Positions 1 through 7,838 of a stretch of DNA of 64,000 nucleotides are shown here, piece after piece. The stretch is taken from the NCBI GenBank assembly GCA_040755855.1, contig JBFMAD010000003.1:128001-192000 (forward strand), read 5' to 3'. Source of the stretch: Planctomycetota bacterium (GTDB lineage Bacteria > Planctomycetota > Brocadiia > JAADGH01). Under the pieces are notes generated by a model, which was not told where the DNA came from, ran no database searches, and worked only from the letters and a program-made list of their open reading frames with translations. How positions within the stretch are numbered: the stretch's first letter is position 1; each line of letters begins with the position of its first letter. The position numbers and the translations under genes are program-made.

Positions 1-613
1 TTGGCATCAGTTTGATCCCATCGAACTCCGTGAATGTCCCGCGGAGCTTCGTGATCCCGTCCGTCGTTTTGAGCAGCCCCTGAACCGCCGTGCCGCCGAG
101 GGCCACGATGATCTTCGGCTGGATCAGGCGGATCTGCTTCCGGAGGTATGGCATGCACATCACCATCTCGGTCGGCAATGGGGCGCGATTGTTCGGCGGA
201 CGGCACTTTAGGATGTTGGCGATATAGACATCCTCCCGCTTCATGCCGATTGCCTCGATGATCTTCGTCAATAGCTGTCCTGCCCGACCGACGAAGGGTT
301 CTCCTTGCATGTCTTCGTCGTGCCCGGGGGCTTCGCCGATGAACATCAGGTCGGCGTCCGGGTTGCCCACGCCGAATACCAGGTTCGTCCGCGTCTCGCC
401 GAGGCCGCACTTGCAGCAGGCCTGCAGCTCCGCCTCGAGTTGAGCTAGGGCCTTCGCCCGTTCCGACGGCGATGCGTCGGCCCGCGTTTCCCCTGTCTTC
501 TCGGCCTTCTCAAACAACGGCAGGTCGTTCATGCCGAATCCCATCTCCATCTCGACTCGATTTCGCACCGCTCGGATGAGCGATTGGACGGCGTCGTTCG
601 GTTCGTGGCTCAT
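1..613 (-). CDS. Uracil-DNA glycosylase family 4 (Fe-S), truncated by window edge
   Basis: Not in the ORF track. Manual minus-strand translation from ATG 613 gives [50 protein letters not shown]...[13 protein letters not shown]; the start overlaps the upstream stop (ATGA). Confidence 0.93.
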   Translation of the reverse strand, partial: MSHEPNDAVQSLIRAVRNRVEMEMGFGMNDLPLFEKAEKTGETRADASPSERAKALAQLEAELQACCKCGLGETRTNLVFGVGNPDADLMFIGEAPGHDEDMQGEPFVGRAGQLLTKIIEAIGMKREDVYIANILKCRPPNNRAPLPTEMVMCMPYLRKQIRLIQPKIIVALGGTAVQGLLKTTDGITKLRGTFTEFDGIKLMP

Positions 614-1614
614 CGCTGTTCCTGTGTTGCGTCTGCGCGGCAGAATGGACACAGGGCCGCCTCGACCGCCTGGATCACGCGGCGCTCGGCCTCCTCCAAC
701 GGCAGATCTATCTCGCACCCCGCGGCGCGCAGGTGGCCGCCGCCGCCGAACTGCTTCGCAACGGCGCACACATCCACATCCTCGTTCGACCGGAGGCTCG
801 CCTTCACCTGGTTCGGCTTCTCCAGATCGTACAGCAGGACCGCCACTGACACCCCCTCGATGGATCGCGGTATCTCGATGATCTCCTGCGTGTCGAGCGG
901 GCTGGTTCCCGTCGCGTCAAACATCTGCTTGGTGATCCGCATCGTCGCTATCTTCCCCCCCGCATGCAGCGCCACCGTCTGCTCGGCCAACATCCGCAGC
1001 TTGAGCAGGTTGAGCGGTGTGCAGCGATAGAGCGCATTATTTGCCTTTGTCAAATCGAGGCCGCGCCCCAGCAGCTCCGCCGTGATCGTCAGCGCCTCCG
1101 GACTGGTGTTGCTGTGGAGGAACCGACCAGTGTCGGTAGCGATTGCCGTATAAAGACTTAGAGCAATATCAATCGTGATCTCGACGCCCAGACGCCGCAG
1201 CAGGCGGTAGATCATCTCGCCCACAGAACTCGCGTGTGTATCCACCCACGCCACGTCGCCGAAGCCGTCGTTGGAGGTGTGATGGTCTATATTCACCACC
1301 GGCGCATCCTTCGGCAGCTCGTCCCTGATGCCGCCCAGTCGCTCCAAGTCGGAGGAGTCGAGGACGATGACCAGATCGTAGTCGCGGCGGAGGTTCCTGG
1401 CCGATGCGCCGATATCCTCGCGTCCGTTCAGGAACACATAGAGGCCCGGCACGGGGCCGTCGTTCACGATGTGCGCCTGCTTTCCCAACTGCCGCAGGCC
1501 CTCGGCGAGGGCGAGTTCGGAGCCGACGGCGTCGCCGTCCAGTCGGACATGCGACGTGATAAGCACATTCGACTTAGCCGCGATCAGTTTGTTGATTCGA
1601 TCCAGTTCGTCCAT
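610..1614 (-). CDS. nrnA: DHH/DHHA1 phosphoesterase (NrnA-like oligoribonuclease/pAp phosphatase)
   Basis: Motifs SHVRLDGDAVGS, IDHH, TDTGRF, SLRS and GGGGH; GGAG RBS before ATG 1614. Confidence 0.9.
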   Translation of the reverse strand: MDELDRINKLIAAKSNVLITSHVRLDGDAVGSELALAEGLRQLGKQAHIVNDGPVPGLYVFLNGREDIGASARNLRRDYDLVIVLDSSDLERLGGIRDELPKDAPVVNIDHHTSNDGFGDVAWVDTHASSVGEMIYRLLRRLGVEITIDIALSLYTAIATDTGRFLHSNTSPEALTITAELLGRGLDLTKANNALYRCTPLNLLKLRMLAEQTVALHAGGKIATMRITKQMFDATGTSPLDTQEIIEIPRSIEGVSVAVLLYDLEKPNQVKASLRSNEDVDVCAVAKQFGGGGHLRAAGCEIDLPLEEAERRVIQAVEAALCPFCRADATQEQR

Positions 1615-1630
1615 GGAATTCTCCAAAGGG

Positions 1631-1660
1631 ACTATACCACAGAGCAGGCGCAGGAGTCAA
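1631..1660 (-). promoter_or_regulatory. sigma70-like promoter for the nrnA-udg operon
   Basis: Minus strand TTGACT-18-TATAGT with TG extension. Confidence 0.55.
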
Positions 1661-1703
1661 GGCAGTAGACAACGGCTGGGAGGACGCAAACCTCACGACG
1701 ATG

Positions 1704-1732
1704 TTTACAGAGGGAGTTTTTTGCCGTAAAAT
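1704..1732 (+). promoter_or_regulatory. sigma70-like promoter for the PAS gene
   Basis: TTTACA-17-TAAAAT upstream of an AGGAGG RBS. Confidence 0.5.
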
Positions 1733-1762
1733 AAATTGTTTAACTTGGGAAGGAGGCGCGCT

Positions 1763-2272
1763 ATGAAACGGATTTGCGCATGGTGCAAGAAGGATTTGGG
1801 GGCTAAGCCATCGATGGCGGACGATGCTACGATTACACACGGCATCTGCAAATCGTGCATCACGCAATATCTCTCTGCTCTTGCTAAGTCCATGCCCGAG
1901 TTTCTGGACGGTCTGGGGGTTCCCATCCTTATGATCGGGTCGCGACCACGCGTGGTAACGGCGAACCGGCAGGCCCGCGAGCTTCTCGGCAAAGACCTGC
2001 CCGGGATCGAGGGACGGCGGGGTGGAGAGGTCATCGAGTGCATATACTCCAAGCGCCCCGGCGGATGCGGGGAGCAGGAGCACTGCAAGTCGTGCACGAT
2101 CCGGCAGACGGTGCTCGAGACGTTCGCCACAGGGAAGGGCTTTGTCAGGGTTCGCGCCTATCCGGACATTCAAACCGGCAAAGACGAGAAGACGATGTGC
2201 ATCGAGATCTCGACGGAGAAGATTGGGGACTACGTATTGCTGCGAATTGACGACCTTCGGGATGTCGAATAG
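1763..2272 (+). CDS. Stand-alone PAS-like protein with N-terminal CxxC...HGICxxC zinc finger
   Basis: MKRICAWCKK...THGICKSC, then PAS-like VVTANRQARELLG and a Cys cluster CIYS...CGEQEHCKSC; AGGAGG RBS. Confidence 0.7.
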   Translation: MKRICAWCKKDLGAKPSMADDATITHGICKSCITQYLSALAKSMPEFLDGLGVPILMIGSRPRVVTANRQARELLGKDLPGIEGRRGGEVIECIYSKRPGGCGEQEHCKSCTIRQTVLETFATGKGFVRVRAYPDIQTGKDEKTMCIEISTEKIGDYVLLRIDDLRDVE

Positions 2273-2399
2273 CCCGCCTTGTCCATATTGCGTCAAGTTT
2301 TTCTGCCCTGCGCTTCCGACTTGATTCTGCGCGCATTCGTGGTATTCTGGGTTAGCAGCATTGGACAGCAATAGGTAACTCAGGTTCCCAAGGTATTGC

Positions 2400-4976
2400 A
2401 TGGCGCGAATCTATCTGGCGTACTTCGTGTCGGGGTTTGTCAGCCTCGCCTATCAGATCGTCTGGTATCGCTGCTTCGTTGATCGGATCGGCGCGAGCAA
2501 TATCACCTTTGTCCTTGTGCTCTGCTGTTTCATCGGCGGCCTCGGCGCGGGGTCGGCGGCGAGTCGCCGCGCAGCAGCCCGGCTGCGGCCCCTCTTGGGC
2601 GGCAGAGACAACCTTACCTTTTACGGGCAGATCGAGCTGATCATCACTGTAACGGCCCTCGGACTTTTTGTTTTTTCGTCGCTGCCAAATCATATCGTCA
2701 GCGGCTTTCCGTACGTCCTGAAGGGCAACGTATATGAGCCAACATGGATCTACCAGACGCTCAAAGTCCTGGCAGTGGTTCTCTGCGTCTTCATCCCCTG
2801 CTTTTTTATGGGGATTACGTTTCCCTTGCTCTGCGCTGTGTTCAAGAGGCATGAACGGTTTCCCTCTCGGCTCTATGCCTGGAACACCTTCGGCGCGTGC
2901 GCAGGCGTGGTGGTGTGCGAGTTTGTGCTCATCCGATACCTCGGCACGACCGTGGCGTTCTGCGCGGCTCTCCTTCTGAACGCGCTTCTCGGCGCATGGT
3001 TCCTCAAACAGGGGGAGCGTCTCTTCGGTCTCCTTGTGGGCCAGGCCGCAGCGCCATCGGAAAGCGACAGCGTGGACGACTCGACAGAGCCAGAGCCAGC
3101 TGAGAAGGAGGCGAATCCATCGGATACAGCACCCCCGCCCATCTCCCTCCGGACAGCCGCCGCGTGCGCCGCCGTGTCCGGCCTGCTCAGCGGCGGGCTT
3201 GAGGCCGACATGCTGAAGCGCTATGCCCTGTGGGGGGAGCATCTCAAAATCTCGTTTTCATTCCTCATCTTCTGGGCGATCTTCGCCATCTTCCTCGCCA
3301 GCCTGTGCATCCGCAAACCCCGCGCATGGCGATTCCCGATCATCCAGGTCCTCTTCATCGCCGCGTTTGTCTATCACCTGACGGCGGCCTACTATCACAT
3401 CCCCCTTCGCATGTGGAGCAACCGCTTTGTCCTGACGTACCTGACGCACGACGCCTACTCCGTCGGATTGGCGGAGTCGTTCATGATGAACTTCTTTGCC
3501 ATTTTCCCCACCTACTTCTGCATTGCCCTCCTCCTGCCGCATGTCTGCAACCGATGCCAGGAGCGGAGGCGACACCTCGGCGCGGTCTATGGCCTGAACA
3601 CCATCGCCTTCTGTGCGGGCGTGCTCGTCTTCGGGTGGATCGCGCCCCTCGTCAATCCATTCTATTCCGTCCGCGCCTTCGTCGGGGTCTTTGCGGTTGC
3701 CGTCGTGGTTCTGCTCACGCTGAGCGAGACCCGCCCTCCGCGGCGCCTCCTCTGGGCGCCGGCGGCCGTCGCCCTCGCGCTCGTGTTCATCCTGTCATCC
3801 CGCGGGGTGGACCGAGGCTTCTTCCGCGGCAGGGAGGTGGAGACCCTCCCGATCAGCCACATGCGTAGCGACAGCGCCCACGTGGTCTTCATCGCCCAGG
3901 AACCGGGCTACCGCACGGAGTACTTCGACTGCCATCCCATGTCGGCTAACAATCCCCGCGCATTGCAATATATGAAACTGATGGCGCACTTTCCTCTGCT
4001 GGCCCATACCGGTCCGAAGACGGCCCTCCTCATCTGCTTCGGCGTGGGCAATACCGCCAAGGCCATCGCCGACCACTCCTCCATCGAGCGCCTCGACGCC
4101 GTTGACCTCTGCGGACCGGTGTTCGAGCTGGCCCCGCAGTTCGCGGACACAAACAACCGCGTCTATGAGGACAAGCGCGTGCGCCTGATCCACGACGACG
4201 GACGCAACTTCCTCAACCTGACCGCGGGGACCTACGACCTCATCACCTCCGAGCCCCCGCCGCCGTGCCACCCCGGCGTAGGCCGCCTCTACTCCCTGGA
4301 ATACTACCAGGCGTGCAAGAGGCGCCTGTCGCCCAACGGCCTCGTGTCCCAGTGGCTGCCGATCTACCAGATGACGTCGGAGATGCTGGATCGAAGCGTG
4401 GCCACCTTCCGCCTCGTGTTCCCGTATACCATGATGTTTGTCGGCGCGGAGGAGGACATCATCATCGTTGGCTCCCCCGAGCCGATTGATTTCTCCCGCG
4501 TCGAGACGCGATTCGCGTGCGACAAGAGGGTGCTGGCCGATCTCGAGAGCGTCGGCGTCAAATCAGTTACGCAGCTCCTCGCGCGGGTCGTCCAGGTGGA
4601 TGACACGATTGACGAGCGCTTCAAGGGAAAGGGCATCCTCACCGACGAGAACAACTTCCTGGACTACGCCGTGACGACCCAGTTTGTGTGGTATCAGATC
4701 GTCGGCGGGCGGAAGATGCTGACGGGCCCCTTCGTCCAGGAAAGGGCGGCGCTGGGGTATCACTCCCTGCCTGTGCTCAAGGAGTTAAAGCGGCAGGACC
4801 TGCGCTGCTACGAGCAGCTCCGGGCGATCCTGGAAAGCCCCGAGTCGCTGAAGAAGATCGTCCCCGACTTCCCCATCTATCTCCCCGCCCCGCCCGCGGC
4901 GAAGCCGAAGGCTGAAGGGCAGGGAAACCGTAAAGCGCACGAAGGGAAGGAAAAGAGAGACGCAGATTTACGCTGA
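2400..4976 (+). CDS. Fused MFS-like membrane domain / spermidine synthase-like protein
   Basis: Multiple TM helices (SGFVSLAYQIVW, LYAWNTFG, VYGLNT) followed by a SAM-fold domain (LICFGVGNT, DDGRNFL, ITSEPPPP). Confidence 0.85.
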   Translation: MARIYLAYFVSGFVSLAYQIVWYRCFVDRIGASNITFVLVLCCFIGGLGAGSAASRRAAARLRPLLGGRDNLTFYGQIELIITVTALGLFVFSSLPNHIVSGFPYVLKGNVYEPTWIYQTLKVLAVVLCVFIPCFFMGITFPLLCAVFKRHERFPSRLYAWNTFGACAGVVVCEFVLIRYLGTTVAFCAALLLNALLGAWFLKQGERLFGLLVGQAAAPSESDSVDDSTEPEPAEKEANPSDTAPPPISLRTAAACAAVSGLLSGGLEADMLKRYALWGEHLKISFSFLIFWAIFAIFLASLCIRKPRAWRFPIIQVLFIAAFVYHLTAAYYHIPLRMWSNRFVLTYLTHDAYSVGLAESFMMNFFAIFPTYFCIALLLPHVCNRCQERRRHLGAVYGLNTIAFCAGVLVFGWIAPLVNPFYSVRAFVGVFAVAVVVLLTLSETRPPRRLLWAPAAVALALVFILSSRGVDRGFFRGREVETLPISHMRSDSAHVVFIAQEPGYRTEYFDCHPMSANNPRALQYMKLMAHFPLLAHTGPKTALLICFGVGNTAKAIADHSSIERLDAVDLCGPVFELAPQFADTNNRVYEDKRVRLIHDDGRNFLNLTAGTYDLITSEPPPPCHPGVGRLYSLEYYQACKRRLSPNGLVSQWLPIYQMTSEMLDRSVATFRLVFPYTMMFVGAEEDIIIVGSPEPIDFSRVETRFACDKRVLADLESVGVKSVTQLLARVVQVDDTIDERFKGKGILTDENNFLDYAVTTQFVWYQIVGGRKMLTGPFVQERAALGYHSLPVLKELKRQDLRCYEQLRAILESPESLKKIVPDFPIYLPAPPAAKPKAEGQGNRKAHEGKEKRDADLR

Positions 4977-5197
4977 TTCTCACAGATTATTTTAGCGGTC
5001 TTGGGTTTGGGGTTCCGGTTCGTTCCTGATACCCCATTCCCGTACTCCCACACCCCCATACTCCACACATCTGCGTCCATCTGCGTCAATCAGCGTCTCC
5101 CTCTTCCTCTTCCTCTTCCTCTTCCTCTGCGTCTCCGCGCCTCTGCGGGAGGCATCTTGCCGTTTACTCCGCAATCCGAAATCCACGTTCCGCACTC
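4956..5197. repeat. Mosaic of short tandem repeats with a ~31-bp inverted-repeat pair
   Basis: GAGACGCAGATTTACGCTGATT... (4956-4988) pairs with ATCTGCGTCCATCTGCGTCAATCAGCGTCTC (5069-5099). Also GGTTTGG-type 7-mers, CCATACTC 8-mers, (CTCTTC)n, CTCTGCGT 8-mers and TCCGCAA 7-mers. Confidence 0.85.
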
Positions 5198-5205
5198 AGT
5201 CGGTC

Positions 5206-6147
5206 TTACCCCGCCGGATTCCATATATTCCCATCCACCGAATCAGGATTCCCCTCCGCGTCCTTGCCGGAGATGGTGAAGGGTTCTCCCTTGGTCTTGA
5301 ATGCGGCGTTCCACGCCGGGCCGTTGGTGCCGGCATAGGTGACGTTGTTCATCTTCGTGCCGTAGGTTTCGCCGATCTCGTTGATGAAGAAGCAGCGCCG
5401 CCCTGTCACATTGACCTCGACCGGCCAGGCATAGACGATGAAGTGCTGCTCCTGTTCGTCAATAGCGGCCTGGTTCGTCCTGGGATCGAGGAGGGTGCTG
5501 GGCTTGGAGTCGTTGCCGTCGCACGCCCTGTCGTCGGTGGCTTGTCCCCCCTTGCCGATGAGATAGAGGCGGTAGTAGTAGCCGGACTTCTGCGCGATGC
5601 CCGTTCCCGCACTGCTGCCGGTATGGAACTGCGGGGAGATGTAGATGGGCGAGACGGGTGTCCTTGCCTTCTTGTTCCGAGCCGCGATTTCGCCGCAGAG
5701 CTCGCACAGGTAGCCAAATTCACCAACCCCGTCATCATCCTGGTCCACTTCGCGTTCCTGTTTGAAAAGGGACTGCTGCGTGACGACGGTCTTGAGAGAT
5801 CCTATTGTGGCGGCCTCATTCCCCGCCATGCGCGAACGAAAGAGGCCAGGCGCAGCGACGATAAGCATTGCCGCGAAAGCCATTACCATGCTGAAGCAGC
5901 CGAGACCGCCCCCTCGGATCGCCCCTTTGCTCGTCGCAGCGCGTATCGCGGATAGAAGGCCGATTCCCAAGGCCCCGTAGCCAGTAACCCCAAGAGCATG
6001 ATCGGCGAAGGACCAGAGGAAACGCAGAAGCGTACTGCCTTCCTGCCTCGCAGGATGGGGTAGAACGAAGTGCATCAACAGGGCAAGGACGAGCGAAACC
6101 GCGGCCAGAACCAGGGCCGCGACGGCCAGTCGTGATACTCTCGGCAT
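5206..6147 (-). CDS. Membrane-anchored pilin-like protein (DUF4190-like N-terminus, DUF2950-like C-terminus), paralogue 1
   Basis: Three TM helices, then PGLFRSRMAGNEAATIGSLKTV, DQDDDGVGEFG, SGYYY and YAWP...TGRRCFFINEIG; GGAGG RBS. Confidence 0.6.
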   Translation of the reverse strand: MPRVSRLAVAALVLAAVSLVLALLMHFVLPHPARQEGSTLLRFLWSFADHALGVTGYGALGIGLLSAIRAATSKGAIRGGGLGCFSMVMAFAAMLIVAAPGLFRSRMAGNEAATIGSLKTVVTQQSLFKQEREVDQDDDGVGEFGYLCELCGEIAARNKKARTPVSPIYISPQFHTGSSAGTGIAQKSGYYYRLYLIGKGGQATDDRACDGNDSKPSTLLDPRTNQAAIDEQEQHFIVYAWPVEVNVTGRRCFFINEIGETYGTKMNNVTYAGTNGPAWNAAFKTKGEPFTISGKDAEGNPDSVDGNIWNPAG

Positions 6148-6194
6148 GATGGTTCCTCCCCATCGGTGGTCAGACGCTCACCATCTTACCACGC

Positions 6195-7106
6195 TCAGCC
6201 GGCCGGAGTCCATATGTTCCCATCTACCGAATCGGGGCATCCTCTATTGTCCCTGCCGGAGATGGCGTAGGGTTCGCCCTTCGCCTTGAAGGCGGCATTC
6301 CACGTCGGGCCGTTGGTCCCGGAGTAGGTGACGTTGTTCATCTTCGTGCCGTAGGTTTCGCCCATCTCGTTCACGAAGAAGCATCGCTGCCCGGTCACAT
6401 TGACCTCGACCGGCCAGGCATAGACGACGAAATGCTTCTCCTGTTCGTCAATGGCGGCTTGGTTTGTCTCGGGATTGAGGGGCGTGCCGGGCTTTGATGC
6501 ACTGCCGTCGCAGGCTGTATCATCAGTAACCGTGCCGTCTTTCCCGATGAGGTAGATGCGGTAGAAGTATTCCGACTTCTTCGCAGCGCCGTTTCCTGTA
6601 CTGCCGCCCGTGCAAAACTGCGCCGAGATGTAGGGAGGGGAAACCGGGCCTGTAGCCTTTTTGTTGCGCGGAGTGATCTCGCCGGATAGCTCACAGAGGT
6701 AGCCGTACTCGCCGACCCCGTCGCCGTCCTGATCCACCTCGCGCTGCTTCCTGAATTCGGCTTGCTGAACGGCGATGGTCTTGAGCGAGCCGGTGGTTGC
6801 CGATTCATTCGCTGCAATTCGTGAGCGGAGGAGGCCGGGGATTTGGATCCATCCCGCGCCTACCAACACTCCAAGGAGGATCCCCCAAACGGCATAGCCG
6901 ATTCGCTCCATGTCGTCGCGCCAAACCAAGCAAGCAATTGATACCAACCCAAGAACCACGGCAAGAAAAGCACTCGCCAGCGAAGCGAAGCAGCCGATTG
7001 ACAAACATATGTCCGAATGGGCGCGAATCCAAACGATGCAGAGAAAAGCGTTTGCCGCACCGCTGATGCCGAAGACCACACTTGCGAGGGGCAGCTTCGA
7101 GATCAT
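6195..7106 (-). CDS. Membrane-anchored pilin-like protein, paralogue 2
   Basis: Start reassigned to MISKLP (GGAG RBS). The C-terminal ~210 aa are highly similar to 5206-6147 (PGLLRSRIAANESATTGSLKTI, DQDGDGVGEYG, DSVDGNIW). Confidence 0.6.
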   Translation of the reverse strand: MISKLPLASVVFGISGAANAFLCIVWIRAHSDICLSIGCFASLASAFLAVVLGLVSIACLVWRDDMERIGYAVWGILLGVLVGAGWIQIPGLLRSRIAANESATTGSLKTIAVQQAEFRKQREVDQDGDGVGEYGYLCELSGEITPRNKKATGPVSPPYISAQFCTGGSTGNGAAKKSEYFYRIYLIGKDGTVTDDTACDGSASKPGTPLNPETNQAAIDEQEKHFVVYAWPVEVNVTGQRCFFVNEMGETYGTKMNNVTYSGTNGPTWNAAFKAKGEPYAISGRDNRGCPDSVDGNIWTPAG

Positions 7107-7160
7107 GGCCAATCGAGATCTCCGTTGGAGCGATACAGCAGACAACTGCCTGCCACCCCA

Positions 7161-7206
7161 AGTATACCCGATCTTTCGGCGTTTGTGTGTAACATATCTG
7201 TAACAT
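7161..7206 (-). promoter_or_regulatory. Putative activator-dependent promoter with tandem TGTAACAT repeats
   Basis: Minus-strand -10 TATACT (7161-7166) with a poor -35; TGTAACAT at 7188 and 7199 (11-bp period). Confidence 0.4.
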
Positions 7207-7366
7207 GTCGGCTTTGTCCCAAGAATGCGATTGCCGACACGTCGCGGGGATGTAGTCGCCGGGGTCCGGGGACCCTTGAACGTGGCTGCCACGATAGGAA
7301 AGCACAACATGTTCGTGCGCAGCGAGTTGCGACATCACTTGACAAAGGCAAGGCAGATACCGATGC

Positions 7367-7482
7367 CTCGTGCCCTGGCTCCGCCGGGGGACGGCTGTTC
7401 CGTTCGGCTCCGCCTCTTCATAGCGAAAGGAGTCAGGCGGGTTAGACGCATAGCCCGTTCCGAGGCAGAGCCTCGGAACGAG
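7367..7482. repeat. REP-like palindromic element
   Basis: Left arm CTCGTGCCCTGGCTCCGCCGGGGGACG and right arm CGTTCCGAGGCAGAGCCTCGGAACGAG are inverted (20/27 by manual count), and each forms its own hairpin. Confidence 0.7.
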
Positions 7483-7531
7483 AAACCCGACCTCCCGGGG
7501 TCGGAACCTCCGGGATGTGCGTCTGAAAATG

Positions 7532-7677
7532 CAAGTCGTAACCTTCTGAGCTGCAACTGGTTGAATTGGGGAATCGGATTTATTTTCCAATTGGACTTGA
7601 CAACAATACACTGATGGTGTATAATATGGTTATCGCATGGGGTATTTCTGTTGGCATAGCATACTGGAAGTCATGCG
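7532..7677 (+). repeat. Conserved non-coding promoter cassette, copy A
   Basis: Gap-free alignment to 56592-56686 (59/95 identical by manual count) plus the shared GCATA-N4-AAGTCATGCG. Confidence 0.75.
7597..7625 (+). promoter_or_regulatory. Perfect-consensus sigma70 promoter with no sense CDS downstream
   Basis: TTGACA (7597-7602), 17 bp, TATAAT (7620-7625); the palindrome ATACAC-N5-GTGTAT overlaps the spacer and -10. Confidence 0.8.
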
Positions 7678-7710
7678 ACTCCTTGGGCGGGCGATCCTCG
7701 CCGAAAAAGA

Positions 7711-7774
7711 AAAATGTACTCAGACATTTTTGTAACTTCGCCACCGGGGGAAAATTGTACTCAGTACATTTTTG
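7711..7774. repeat. Pair of palindromic direct repeats (operator-like)
   Basis: AAAATGTACTCAGACATTTTTG (7711-7732) and AAAATTGTACTCAGTACATTTTTG (7751-7774). Confidence 0.75.
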
Positions 7775-7838
7775 CATTCTGCGACACGGTGCGCTATCTT
7801 CACAAGCGGTGAAGGGGGGGGGACTTAAGCGTATGCGC

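Noticed and set aside
5206..7106. Diversity-generating retroelement TR/VR pair
   Set aside because: No reverse transcriptase in the window; both copies are intact ORFs and differences are not adenine-specific.
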